A stretch of DNA of 57,148 nucleotides from a virus: the IMG/VR virus record IMGVR_UViG_3300045988_048750; one strand, 5' to 3'. Made by a program: the position numbers and the translations under genes. The notes under the pieces were generated by a model, which had not been told where the DNA came from, did not search any database, and saw only the letters and a list, made by a program, of their open reading frames with translations. Positions 37,369 to 46,886 of the stretch are shown here, one piece after another (within the stretch, counting starts at the first letter, position 1; every line of letters starts with the position of its first letter).

Positions 37369-37916
37369 CCCTTACTATGAGCCTTAGCCCTTCGTTGAGC
37401 ATTAAGAGCACGCTGTTGTTTTGCAGCTGCACTCTTACTCATTTTCTTGCTAGGAGAGTTCTTAATACTGCAGACTCGAATCAAAGTAAGCAGTCGATTA
37501 ATGTGCCATTTTTCACACTCAAATGGAATTCCAAATGAAATCATATAAAAGTAGATGACTTCAGCCGTCATGATTTCTCGATTTCCCCTAGGAGCACCGC
37601 CATTTTCTTTGAAAGTAGTGGCTGTCATAGGAGCAGCAATATAATTGTTTATCTTTTTGTAATTTTCAGTAGTAAGACAACTAAAAACTGCTGAATCAAC
37701 ACGATTAATAGTCATACATTTCACATAATCGATCATTTCTTCTGGAGTTTTTTCATCTCTAGTTAGAAATGGTTTATTCCATTTGGATTCCCATTTGGAA
37801 ATAGAAATCAACGAATGCTCGAGAACGAGTTTGCATGAATCAACATAAGAAAACATCTCGTTTTCGTTATCCCAAATCTCAGTTCGAGGTATCTCGATCT
37901 CGAGCATTCGAATCAC
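37365..37916 (-). CDS. tail assembly chaperone (Gp15-like)
   Basis: position between the major tail protein and the TMP; basic C-terminal tail. Confidence 0.45.
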   Translation of the reverse strand: MIRMLEIEIPRTEIWDNENEMFSYVDSCKLVLEHSLISISKWESKWNKPFLTRDEKTPEEMIDYVKCMTINRVDSAVFSCLTTENYKKINNYIAAPMTATTFKENGGAPRGNREIMTAEVIYFYMISFGIPFECEKWHINRLLTLIRVCSIKNSPSKKMSKSAAAKQQRALNAQRRAKAHSKG

Positions 37917-37924
37917 GTCCTTAA

Positions 37925-38341
37925 CTAATTCTTGGCCTCTGCCATAGCGATGATCTTAGCAGTCTCATCGCTCGAGAGCTTCGCATTCTTCGGAGCAATG
38001 CCGTTAATAAACTCAGCGGCAGTCTTTGAATCCTCAATAAGCTCCATAAAGAATTTGTCATATGCGGGAGTCTCAGTAAAAGCCTTCGAAATCTCAGGAG
38101 ACTTAACAAATCGACGGCCATCCTCAGATTTCTCACCATAAGCCTGCATAATAATCTGATTGAATGCGTCCATGATCTTAGGACCATCATGCGAATCAAT
38201 CAGCGTCTGCATCTCGTTATAAAAGCCACGCTGAGTACTCAACTGCATCTGCATAAGCTCCGAAGTGGTAAGATTAAAGTAAAAATCCTCAGTGCGCTCG
38301 ACACCGAAATAGTCCGTATACGTGATAGTCTTCTTATACAT
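37925..38341 (-). CDS. tail assembly chaperone
   Basis: 138-aa acidic protein just downstream of the major tail gene. Confidence 0.45.
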   Translation of the reverse strand: MYKKTITYTDYFGVERTEDFYFNLTTSELMQMQLSTQRGFYNEMQTLIDSHDGPKIMDAFNQIIMQAYGEKSEDGRRFVKSPEISKAFTETPAYDKFFMELIEDSKTAAEFINGIAPKNAKLSSDETAKIIAMAEAKN

Positions 38342-38393
38342 TAGAAGATTCTCCTTTCATAATCCCATTTTGATTAAATAGTGGACTTACCGC

Positions 38394-39104
38394 TTACAGA
38401 CCCGTGTCACTATTAAGCACAGCGCCAGAGTTGGTCTTGAAAATATCAATAACCTCATTCGGATGAGGAAGCGTCGGATCAGTAGTAGCATCACCGAACA
38501 GCTTCTTCTCAAGAGCATCAAGAGCAGCCTTGGGCGCCGTCAAAGAGTCAATCGTAATCGTGGACAAAGACTTGTAACCATTGACAGCGACCGGGGTGGT
38601 ATCAAACTCCCAAGAGAAAGTAATAGCGTCGGGGGAGTCGTTAATGGTCTCATAAGCCTTCTCAGAAGGAGAAGCAGTGCAGCCATAGACCAGATGCAGC
38701 TTATAGCCATCGTCAGCATTGCTGATCGTATCGTTGCCAATATTAGTACGATAAGCAAGACCAAAGGCAGTACGAGTCTGCTGACCGAGATAGAGACCCT
38801 TGGTGCCATTGGGAGTCACAGTGCCGTCGCACTGACCAAACTCCTCAGGATACATATAAGCCTCAATGGTACCGCCGAAAGTCTCAGCAGAACGCATAGA
38901 AGCATACTTCATGTTATCGGCGTACAGGTCGTTAGCCTCAGCACCATCAGGGGACTCAGTAATTCCGGTAATGCCGTTCCATGCGACACCCTTACCATAA
39001 CTACCGTTAGAATTCTGAAGATACAGCGCGCAATGGTCTACACCATTCTCATAATAACGCTGGCCGGCCTTATCCCAAACAAGGGCTTTAGAAGATTCAG
39101 GCAT
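38394..39104 (-). CDS. major tail protein
   Basis: 236 aa, position after the connectors, Thr/Gly-rich. Confidence 0.55.
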   Translation of the reverse strand: MPESSKALVWDKAGQRYYENGVDHCALYLQNSNGSYGKGVAWNGITGITESPDGAEANDLYADNMKYASMRSAETFGGTIEAYMYPEEFGQCDGTVTPNGTKGLYLGQQTRTAFGLAYRTNIGNDTISNADDGYKLHLVYGCTASPSEKAYETINDSPDAITFSWEFDTTPVAVNGYKSLSTITIDSLTAPKAALDALEKKLFGDATTDPTLPHPNEVIDIFKTNSGAVLNSDTGL

Positions 39105-39114
39105 AATTTACTCC

Positions 39115-39498
39115 TTAAAAATAAAGATAAAACACATCGTGATTAAGACCATCGGATACATAATGTCGTTCGAACGTACACGATTTAAGTTGTGTAAGAG
39201 GTTCGAAGAATTCACTATCCGGGTCTTCGTCAATGAGAATAATCTCATATCGACAGTCGAACGTATAAGATGTATTATCCGCAAATCGAGTATTTCCAGT
39301 ACTACGACTGTATCGAATACACGGATACTCCATACTCACGTTCTCGGGAGGTTGGAAATAAACCTTATTATCTCCCATGATTTCTTGCAATGTACTCTGT
39401 AAGTCTACTCTAAGACCCATTGTATACACCGCCAAGCGTAAGAATAAGACGAGGAGACTGTACCTCAACCGAAGTAACAGCCCACCTCGTCCCTGCAA
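39115..39498 (-). CDS. head-tail connector / tail completion protein
   Basis: 127 aa in the connector slot. Confidence 0.4.
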   Translation of the reverse strand: MQGRGGLLLRLRYSLLVLFLRLAVYTMGLRVDLQSTLQEIMGDNKVYFQPPENVSMEYPCIRYSRSTGNTRFADNTSYTFDCRYEIILIDEDPDSEFFEPLTQLKSCTFERHYVSDGLNHDVFYLYF

Positions 39499-39733
39499 GT
39501 TCTACGCATTTAATCTGGGAAAAATGAGCTACAGCATATGGATCAGCAATAATGCTAATAACATTATTACACGTAATATTACCATTAACGTTATTATCGT
39601 TAGAATATCGTCGAGACATCTTAGTAATATCACCATAATAATCCCGAGCTATCAACTGAGTTTTCCAACTTCCAGGTCGATCTTCTCGCTCTACAGTTTT
39701 ACCGTAGAAAATTTTACCGTAGAATTTTCCCAT
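39410..39733 (-). CDS. head-tail adaptor protein
   Basis: 107 aa downstream of the capsid gene; overlaps the next gene (start uncertain). Confidence 0.35.
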   Translation of the reverse strand: MGKFYGKIFYGKTVEREDRPGSWKTQLIARDYYGDITKMSRRYSNDNNVNGNITCNNVISIIADPYAVAHFSQIKCVELAGTRWAVTSVEVQSPRLILTLGGVYNGS

Positions 39734-39744
39734 TTTGATTCATC

Positions 39745-41754
39745 CTAGCGACCAGTAGTCTTCTGATCAGCGTCAGCCGGATCAGTCTTGGTTATGAAAT
39801 CAGAAGTACCCTCGAGAGAAGAATCAACATAATGCTCGACGACCATAGCAGAATAAGGAACCGTAAGAGCACCAGAGATACGAGTCTCGATCAGGTACTT
39901 CTCCTGATTGTAATCAATGTCGAAGTCATCGAACATAGACACAGCGCCACCCTTATCAGTACCAATGTTGTAGTCATTAAGATTGACAATAACAGCATCG
40001 ACAATAAGAGTCTTACCAGTGAGCGCCGTCTCCTTAGCAAGAGGCGTACGCTTGAGGTCTTTCATGACCTGAACGGGGACAATATCCGCAACGCAGAGCG
40101 CAGCACAAAGCTCCTGCTTGGACTTGTAAATTCGACGGCCGACCTTATCCTTCTGCATAAGCAGACGGTTGAGATTACGCTGAGTCGTGAACATCAGCGG
40201 ATTACCAGAACCCTCATAGTCCTCGAAGCCATAGACAACACGCTCCTCAAAATCAGCAGCAAAGGTGCTATTATCAGGCTCAGTCCTATAACCCTTGGTG
40301 ATCTTGATCGAGTAGAAAGGATCATCATTAAGAACCGAGCGGATGTGATCCTCGCTAATCTTGTCATCGCTACCGGACTCACGGCCATCGCCGATGACGA
40401 TAGCACGAGCAATCTCTTCCTCGAGCATCATACGCATTTCCTGACGAAGAACACTTACGATGTCCATCGTAGTAACATCAAGAATATCGTCACGATCGAG
40501 ACGCTGCTTCTTGTATACCGTCTGCGGGGTCGTGGTGCGCTTGAGCAGGGGGAACACTTCCTCCTTCTTCTTCGTACCCTTGATGTAGCCTCGAGCACGA
40601 GCCTCGTCCTCAGTAATATTAGCGAAGACGGACTTGACTCGGGTGAACGGAGTATGAGAAACCGCGTTCATGACACGAGAAACCCACTCGGTATTGCGCT
40701 TAACAAACTTAAGGTTGTTGCCGCCTACGGTCTGGAAATCGGGGAACAGATAGTCAATGTTGCCAATGCCGTAGTCAGTACCAGGCGTACCATTGTCGAG
40801 ATGCGCCAGGAACTCGTCACCAACAAGGTTGTCAATGTTAGCGCCATGCGCCAGGAACGACTTCTTAAGGGAACCATAACGGCTCATATCAGCAATAGCC
40901 TTCTCAAAATCGCAGTCCATACCGAGAGAATGCTCGAGAGTCTCGTCGTTCTCCTCAGTGTTATCAAAGATGTTATGCTTCATGTCAGAATTTCCCTTCT
41001 CGGAAGTATTGGACTCATTGTTAGAGCCGTTATCGATAAGATAATTAATCAAGCCCTGCATTACTTCACGCTGATGAGGGTTCATAGAGTTAAGAACGTC
41101 CTCAACCGTTTCATCTTCAGCAGGTTTCTTGTCAGAGTTGTCACCCGAATTGTCATCGGCATGCTCTACAGTCTCATCGGACTGAGAATCATCAACCTCA
41201 TCCGAATTACCCTCGTTATTCAGCATTTCTGCCATAAATTTCTCACTTTCATCAGAATGACCAAACCACACGGTATTATTGTCATTGTAAATCTGAGCCT
41301 CGTCATCCGATTCCATAGGTTCCCCATCGTCGGAATGAACCATCACAGAATCAATACATGCGCCAGGATTAGCACCAGCAAGAACAAGACTAACCTCTCG
41401 AATTTTGCCATGAACGACATCTTTGCGGCCATCTGCACGTTTATTCTGCTTGAGATTATTTGCAAAGATCGACAGTGCGGTAATATCCTTATGCTTTAGA
41501 AGCTTTTTAGCACGAGTACCTTCGTCAGTATCGTTTACGTAGCCAAAGCAATACATTCCTTCCGGACGATTGTTAAGCAGTGCATGACCTACGACATTCT
41601 TCATCTCACTGTGCTGATGATTCCAAACCAAAGGAACAATTTTTCCATCATCTGCGGCCAAGGCGTTCTGCTTAATCGTTCGACCATCAGAGCATGGAAC
41701 TTCATACTTACTAGCCCAACCACAAAAATCATAATTTTCATCCATGTTGATCAT
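39745..41754 (-). CDS. fusion of an HK97-family prohead protease and an HK97-fold major capsid protein
   Basis: N-terminal NALAADDGKIVPLVWNHQH...HGKIREVSLVLAGANPGA; acidic linker; C-terminal capsid-like domain of about 400 aa. Confidence 0.7.
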   Translation of the reverse strand: MINMDENYDFCGWASKYEVPCSDGRTIKQNALAADDGKIVPLVWNHQHSEMKNVVGHALLNNRPEGMYCFGYVNDTDEGTRAKKLLKHKDITALSIFANNLKQNKRADGRKDVVHGKIREVSLVLAGANPGACIDSVMVHSDDGEPMESDDEAQIYNDNNTVWFGHSDESEKFMAEMLNNEGNSDEVDDSQSDETVEHADDNSGDNSDKKPAEDETVEDVLNSMNPHQREVMQGLINYLIDNGSNNESNTSEKGNSDMKHNIFDNTEENDETLEHSLGMDCDFEKAIADMSRYGSLKKSFLAHGANIDNLVGDEFLAHLDNGTPGTDYGIGNIDYLFPDFQTVGGNNLKFVKRNTEWVSRVMNAVSHTPFTRVKSVFANITEDEARARGYIKGTKKKEEVFPLLKRTTTPQTVYKKQRLDRDDILDVTTMDIVSVLRQEMRMMLEEEIARAIVIGDGRESGSDDKISEDHIRSVLNDDPFYSIKITKGYRTEPDNSTFAADFEERVVYGFEDYEGSGNPLMFTTQRNLNRLLMQKDKVGRRIYKSKQELCAALCVADIVPVQVMKDLKRTPLAKETALTGKTLIVDAVIVNLNDYNIGTDKGGAVSMFDDFDIDYNQEKYLIETRISGALTVPYSAMVVEHYVDSSLEGTSDFITKTDPADADQKTTGR

Positions 41755-41832
41755 TTCCCTCCATTCCTTTAATTTGTAATTACATTACTATTATTCAAAC
41801 GATTTAAAAACCCATTTTGATGTAATCTGTAT

Positions 41833-43089
41833 CTATTCATCCTGAGTCTCTTCCTCGGTTTGATCGTCATAACCTTCTTGATCGTTTGCAGGAGCGCTGA
41901 GGTTTGCGTTTCGCAACTCATCAGCCTTTGGATCAGAAGAAGGCGTCATACCAATAGCCTGTCGAATCTCATTACTAGTAGCAATTTCATTTCGAGTAAA
42001 CTTATCAGCAATTTCAGCGATATCGCTGACCGGCATGAGCTTAAACGGATCTCGGAAATACTTAATGTCTTGACCTTGAGTCCTTGCAGTAGGCGTAATA
42101 AACACCCTGGACATGTTTTCGGTCAAAGCAGACAATACAGGCTCAATAACTCGACTATTATAGTTGGTCATGACCTTCTCATCTGCCGTACCGTTCATAA
42201 TCTCAGGTGTAACTCCGAGTTGGCCATAGGCAAGATTCGTCAAATACTCTACCTGTTTGAGTAGGTTATTTTCTACTGATCGATTCAGCTGAGTAATGTG
42301 CTCTGTGGCGTCAACATACGCAATTCCGTATTTTGATCCAGCAAGCTGATCCTCGATCGCCTTTCGGCGTTCCTCTGCTTGATTCTTCCGAGCTTCGGAT
42401 TTAATCGTATACGGAAGCTGAATGATAAGATCCAATTTTCCCGAACTGGTTTGCTCGTCAACGACATCGAGAAGGTTCAATTTCCTGTTCAAGCGAGTCA
42501 TCAATGAATCGTTTTTATTCATAATCGTATAAAATGGATTTTGAATAATAGCCGCTTGAGTCTTTGGAACAATTACTTCTTTTCGTCGCCCGCTACGGTC
42601 GTCATATAGACTTACCTTTACATGTTGAGGAAAGAATTCAACAGGAATTCCAACACGCAAAGAATAAATGTTATAACTTCCGTTATCCGGATCTGTTTCA
42701 GTCTCAATTGGAACAATTGCAATGCAGCCCTCATCAAATAGTGTTAGTACTGCATCCTGAATCATTTCTCGACCGGTTTGATCAATGTTCGCTTCGGTAC
42801 TAAGACATGCGTTAAGACTATCCTCGATCGTTTCAAGATAACGATGATCCGGATCTGTTCGAACATGCCGAATATCAACTGACGCAACATCCATCGCGAT
42901 ACGATTGTAGATAGAATTTACAATCGACCGATCTCCGCCACGATAGTGATAACTGTACATCTGTTGACCAGTATATACAATCGCAGGAGATGGAGAGCCG
43001 TAATCTTCAGTAGGAGCGTTATCTTTTAACTCTTGACCTCTAAAAATATTCCAGGCGTTTTTCAGCCTAGATCGTAAAGGTTCCGGCAT
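41833..43089 (-). CDS. portal protein
   Basis: 418 aa between TerL and the protease-capsid gene; acidic C-terminus. Confidence 0.65.
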   Translation of the reverse strand: MPEPLRSRLKNAWNIFRGQELKDNAPTEDYGSPSPAIVYTGQQMYSYHYRGGDRSIVNSIYNRIAMDVASVDIRHVRTDPDHRYLETIEDSLNACLSTEANIDQTGREMIQDAVLTLFDEGCIAIVPIETETDPDNGSYNIYSLRVGIPVEFFPQHVKVSLYDDRSGRRKEVIVPKTQAAIIQNPFYTIMNKNDSLMTRLNRKLNLLDVVDEQTSSGKLDLIIQLPYTIKSEARKNQAEERRKAIEDQLAGSKYGIAYVDATEHITQLNRSVENNLLKQVEYLTNLAYGQLGVTPEIMNGTADEKVMTNYNSRVIEPVLSALTENMSRVFITPTARTQGQDIKYFRDPFKLMPVSDIAEIADKFTRNEIATSNEIRQAIGMTPSSDPKADELRNANLSAPANDQEGYDDQTEEETQDE

Positions 43090-43098
43090 ACTACCTCC

Positions 43099-43617
43099 TT
43101 ACGATTTTGACTGAACTTTAGCACGTTTATCGCCGTACGCTCGCTTCTCTTTTGCATAATAAGATCCACCAGACGCATAATTGCTAAGAGCCGCAACAGT
43201 AAGACCAGCAATTGGAGCGGCAAGAGGTGCAGAACCAGCAATCAAAGCTGTAGTGCCGACTCCCATCACTGCTGAAAACGATTTCAACTTGATGTTACGG
43301 GCATTCGCAATGCGATAGCGACCGTTTTTAATCTGTTCACCAGTGAGTGTAGCTTCTTTTCGAGCAAGTTCGATCTCTTGATTACGATAGGTATTAAACG
43401 AATGAGTACGCTGCTGTCGATAATATGTACGAGCAGCTGACTTTTCAGCCTTTGTCGTAGGCTTCTTTGTCGAATAACCCTTCTTTAGTTTATTTCGCTT
43501 TTCATTCTCAGCTTTTCGCTTATCAGAATGCGCTTTAACTGAAGATGAAACTTTCTTAGTAATAACACCCCAGTGCATGCCTTTAACACCATGGTGTTGG
43601 ATGACTTCATACTCCAT
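43099..43617 (-). CDS. basic protein, paralog of 45369..45947 (N-terminal HHGVKGMHWGVITKK motif); function unknown
   Basis: MEYEVIQHHGVKGMHWGVITKK vs EEVVVHHGVKGQRWGVITKE; start overlaps the TerL stop (TAATG). Confidence 0.55.
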   Translation of the reverse strand: MEYEVIQHHGVKGMHWGVITKKVSSSVKAHSDKRKAENEKRNKLKKGYSTKKPTTKAEKSAARTYYRQQRTHSFNTYRNQEIELARKEATLTGEQIKNGRYRIANARNIKLKSFSAVMGVGTTALIAGSAPLAAPIAGLTVAALSNYASGGSYYAKEKRAYGDKRAKVQSKS

Positions 43618-45359
43618 TATTCGAATGCCTCCTTGTTTAATTTATAAGCAACATATGCATCCATCATAGCAGCAACAGCATCGATCTTATCTTCTCTGCG
43701 ATATTTGAAAAGTTTTCGATTTCCATTGTTGTCTACTAAAGTGATACAATTTCCCATAGTGAACTTCATAAGTTGCTCGTCAAACAAAAGCATTCTTTCT
43801 TGAGCGAGTTTCTTTAGTTCTCCTAATGGCACAGATTCCGTTTTAGAACCCTGAATAACTTTCTCAATACCAAACGGTCCATTTTCTTGTTCCCAACGAT
43901 TCACAAACGCTTTCGCATTATATGGATCATATCCAAAGCATCGAACATCATATTCGGTATCTATGATAAACTGATCCAAATCGTCATAAACTTCGTCCAT
44001 ATCGAGAACAGTTCCCTCCATAATAATAAGAGAACCCTCTTTTATGAAGTCATTATATTTTTCCCTAATAGCCAGAGGCAGACGATTTAGAGTAAGCGAA
44101 GTAATATAATTCCTCGTTTTAACGCCGAAACGTTCTCCGCTCAATGGGAATAAGAAAGTGAAAGCACAGAAGTCGTCGCCTTGAGACAAGTCAGCGCCCA
44201 AAGCACATGGCATCTGCCAGAAATTCTGACGACGATGAACCTTAGTTTCCTCGTAGGTAAAGTAATATGTATAGCCTTCCATCGGAATGCCAAAACGCTT
44301 CGCCAAAATATCGTTGCGTGTTGCAGGAGCTTTCTCAGCACGTTCAACGTCCAATTGATAAGTCTCATAGGTAACAGTCTTACCGATATTCGGATTTGCC
44401 TTTACCCACTTTGTAGGATCAGCGACTTCATCAACAGTATCCAAACGATACCAGAAAATAGACACATGAGGGTTTGAATATTCACCCTTTAGAATGTCCA
44501 TTAACTCCATTTTGATTGTATCGCCGCTGCCATTACGTACAGTACCCTCTGAGGATGTAGCGATAATCAGATAATTATCGAGCTTAGAGGCACCCTGCTC
44601 AATGGCGCCGATAACATCTTCTCGAATGTCACCAGACAACCATTCGTCTACAGTAGCATACTTGCATCGAAGACCCTGCAACTTTGCAATTGACATAGGG
44701 CGAACTTCAATCAGCGAACCAGTAAGAAAATTTTCAATACCCTTTTTTGTTGATGCTAATTTTGCTCGGTTTGCTTTAGAACCAGTCGTATTCTGCAATG
44801 ATCCAAGTGTAAGAAACTTAAACAATGGACCTTTTGAACGAGTAATAGCCGTTCGAATAGGGGACATTACCTCATCGGCCTGTCGCATCGTAGGTGCTGT
44901 AGTAATCTGATGCGTTGTACTTGTATCCATGTTCAGAAAATATGTCTGAATGCAAGAATCGTATAACGATTTAGAAGCGCCTCGTCCAACGATGAGATAC
45001 TGTTTATTAATCAAACGTTTCTTGACCATTTTGGTCTTATGAATCAATGTTCCGTTCGGTTGAACCTCTGGAATACTGCGCTCTACATAGTAATACCAAC
45101 CAAAGACTTGCTCTCCCCACAGCTTAAAACTATCGAGAAGCTTCAAGTCTCCACCGTCGGTAAGAGTCATTTCATTTTCGCAGAAACGAATCCAGCCTTC
45201 AACAGCCTTATCATCGTAATAAACGCCGGGGTTGGAAATAAGCCAATCAATGCGATTCATTTCCATTGAAATTTCTTCGTTAACAGGAATTTCTCCACGA
45301 AGAACTGCATCTCGAAATTGGCCGTAATAAATAGGTACTGCTGTATTAGAAAGACTCAT
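43617..45359 (-). CDS. terL: terminase large subunit
   Basis: Walker A-like LIVGRGASKS, Walker B CKYATVDEW, nuclease motif LGADLSQGDDFCAF, C-terminal KIDAVAAMMDAYVAY. Confidence 0.85.
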   Translation of the reverse strand: MSLSNTAVPIYYGQFRDAVLRGEIPVNEEISMEMNRIDWLISNPGVYYDDKAVEGWIRFCENEMTLTDGGDLKLLDSFKLWGEQVFGWYYYVERSIPEVQPNGTLIHKTKMVKKRLINKQYLIVGRGASKSLYDSCIQTYFLNMDTSTTHQITTAPTMRQADEVMSPIRTAITRSKGPLFKFLTLGSLQNTTGSKANRAKLASTKKGIENFLTGSLIEVRPMSIAKLQGLRCKYATVDEWLSGDIREDVIGAIEQGASKLDNYLIIATSSEGTVRNGSGDTIKMELMDILKGEYSNPHVSIFWYRLDTVDEVADPTKWVKANPNIGKTVTYETYQLDVERAEKAPATRNDILAKRFGIPMEGYTYYFTYEETKVHRRQNFWQMPCALGADLSQGDDFCAFTFLFPLSGERFGVKTRNYITSLTLNRLPLAIREKYNDFIKEGSLIIMEGTVLDMDEVYDDLDQFIIDTEYDVRCFGYDPYNAKAFVNRWEQENGPFGIEKVIQGSKTESVPLGELKKLAQERMLLFDEQLMKFTMGNCITLVDNNGNRKLFKYRREDKIDAVAAMMDAYVAYKLNKEAFE

Positions 45360-45368
45360 ACGCGGCTC

Positions 45369-45947
45369 CTATTTTTTCTCCTGTTCCGAAGAAAGACTAG
45401 CAAGAATCTCGGATGTACGCTTAAGATTAGTATAGGCGTTGTTAATTGTGTTCGCGGCTTCGCTAATGTCTTTGACATACTTCATAGTCTTGTTAATGGT
45501 CTCCATATTCTTCTCAAAAGAAGATTTTTCTCGAGAAGAAGCAGCAAGTTCAGAAACTCTTTTCTCAAGCATTAAGCGTGAATAAGCCTGTTGAAGTTCA
45601 TTATCATTAAACAAATCAGCATTCTTCGACAACATCTTAGCTGATTTTGATTCCAAAACCATCTTCTTACGCTGATCAGTAGAAAGAGTCTGCCAAGTAT
45701 CATCGGTAGTAGTCTGCTTATTTGACTTCAACTTCTTCGACAACTTCGCTTGACGTTTTGCGAGCTTAGCATTTCGACGCTTAGCCAATCTCGCTTGAAC
45801 ACGCTGCTGAATCTTTGAACCCTTTTTATTTTGATCAGCCTTAGCTGAATGAGTACCTTTAGGAACGTATTCCTTAGTAATTACACCCCAGCGTTGACCC
45901 TTTACTCCATGATGAACGACTACCTCTTCATTCATCTGTGAACTCAC
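45369..45947 (-). CDS. basic coiled-coil protein with an N-terminal HHGVKGQRWGV motif (paralog of 43099..43617); possibly a terminase small subunit
   Basis: position immediately upstream of terL; lysine/arginine-rich. Confidence 0.5.
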   Translation of the reverse strand: MSSQMNEEVVVHHGVKGQRWGVITKEYVPKGTHSAKADQNKKGSKIQQRVQARLAKRRNAKLAKRQAKLSKKLKSNKQTTTDDTWQTLSTDQRKKMVLESKSAKMLSKNADLFNDNELQQAYSRLMLEKRVSELAASSREKSSFEKNMETINKTMKYVKDISEAANTINNAYTNLKRTSEILASLSSEQEKK

Positions 45948-45970
45948 CCCTTAAAAGATTAGCCCTGCGC

Positions 45971-46390
45971 TTAAGATCTCCAAGGGCATGTGTCGTTAGG
46001 TTTTCTTTCTACCAAGTCATGAATTAATTTTGTAGAATCGCCGTAATGTATTGCGTTATGCGTTCTACGAGTACAGCAAATAAGATTGTTCATGTCAAAA
46101 AGACAAGGATCTCTGTTTAAGACGTTCTCTTTTGTTATCGGATTAAGATGATGAATGTAAATCGGTTCTCCAGTAATTTCTCTATCGAAAATTCCCAAGT
46201 CACATCCAGAATCTCTGATGATAACTCGATTTCTGACAGATCGCCATTCAGTATCGTGATACAATACCTGATTCAAATATCGACTAGAACCAAAAGTATC
46301 GATTCCAACAGAAGAATTGACTCTCAGATACTCAAAGCGTTCCTCAAAAGTCTTAAGCTGTGAAAGCTCCAAATATGTTCTACAACTCAT
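45971..46390 (-). CDS. HNH endonuclease
   Basis: IYIHHLNPI...NNLICCTRRTHNAIH. Confidence 0.7.
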   Translation of the reverse strand: MSCRTYLELSQLKTFEERFEYLRVNSSVGIDTFGSSRYLNQVLYHDTEWRSVRNRVIIRDSGCDLGIFDREITGEPIYIHHLNPITKENVLNRDPCLFDMNNLICCTRRTHNAIHYGDSTKLIHDLVERKPNDTCPWRS

Positions 46391-46704
46391 ACTGTTCCGC
46401 CATAAGATTTCATAGCTTCGACAGCTTCCTTCATGAGTTGCTCGACATGAGTCGCCGATTCCAGAGACTGTGTCTTTGCCTTGAGTAGTTCATTCTCGTG
46501 AACCAACTTTTCTCGCTCAAGTTCCGCTCGTTCAGTACCAAGTTTCAAAAAATGAACGATAACAGCCGAAGATGCAGTGCCATCACGCAACTGTGATTCA
46601 GCACAGTCCATAGCAAGAGATATCATTTGATTCTCTTTACCTTCTGGAGTAAGAGGTGGCATACTTCTTATAGACTTGTCGTCAGTCTTATTACGTTTAC
46701 CCAT
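46387..46704 (-). CDS. hypothetical protein (possible terminase small subunit or late regulator)
   Basis: AAAGGAGGAG RBS; 105 aa, helical. Confidence 0.4.
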   Translation of the reverse strand: MGKRNKTDDKSIRSMPPLTPEGKENQMISLAMDCAESQLRDGTASSAVIVHFLKLGTERAELEREKLVHENELLKAKTQSLESATHVEQLMKEAVEAMKSYGGTV

Positions 46705-46844
46705 AAATATCTCCTCCTTTACCCGACTTCATCTTCATTTTGAATTAGTTTATGTAGTGTTTTTAGGACCTATCCTGACTTGGTACCCTGCGTGAAAGGA
46801 GAAAAAAGCGCAATCGCAAAGATAGGTCCGAAGAACACTGCATA

Positions 46845-46880
46845 AAAATTAAGGATAGAGGGGGCTTGAGCGACCCCTCC
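46845..46880 (-). terminator. rho-independent terminator after the dCTP deaminase gene
   Basis: GAGGGG-N10-CCCCTC stem, followed on the minus strand by TATCCTTAATTTTTATG. Confidence 0.6.
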
Positions 46881-46886
46881 GAAACA

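Noticed and set aside
39832-41499. 555-aa plus-strand ORF and many other plus-strand ORFs in the track (e.g. 21955..22785, 19079..19741, 34485..35153, 38463..39146)
   Set aside because: They lie antisense to well-supported minus-strand genes, lack RBS, and have low-complexity composition. They are shadow ORFs of the coding strand.
43617-45359. Considering 43617..45359 as a helicase because of its GRGASKS P-loop
   Set aside because: The C-terminal RNaseH-like nuclease motifs and the KIDAVAAMMDAYVAY signature fit a terminase large subunit better.
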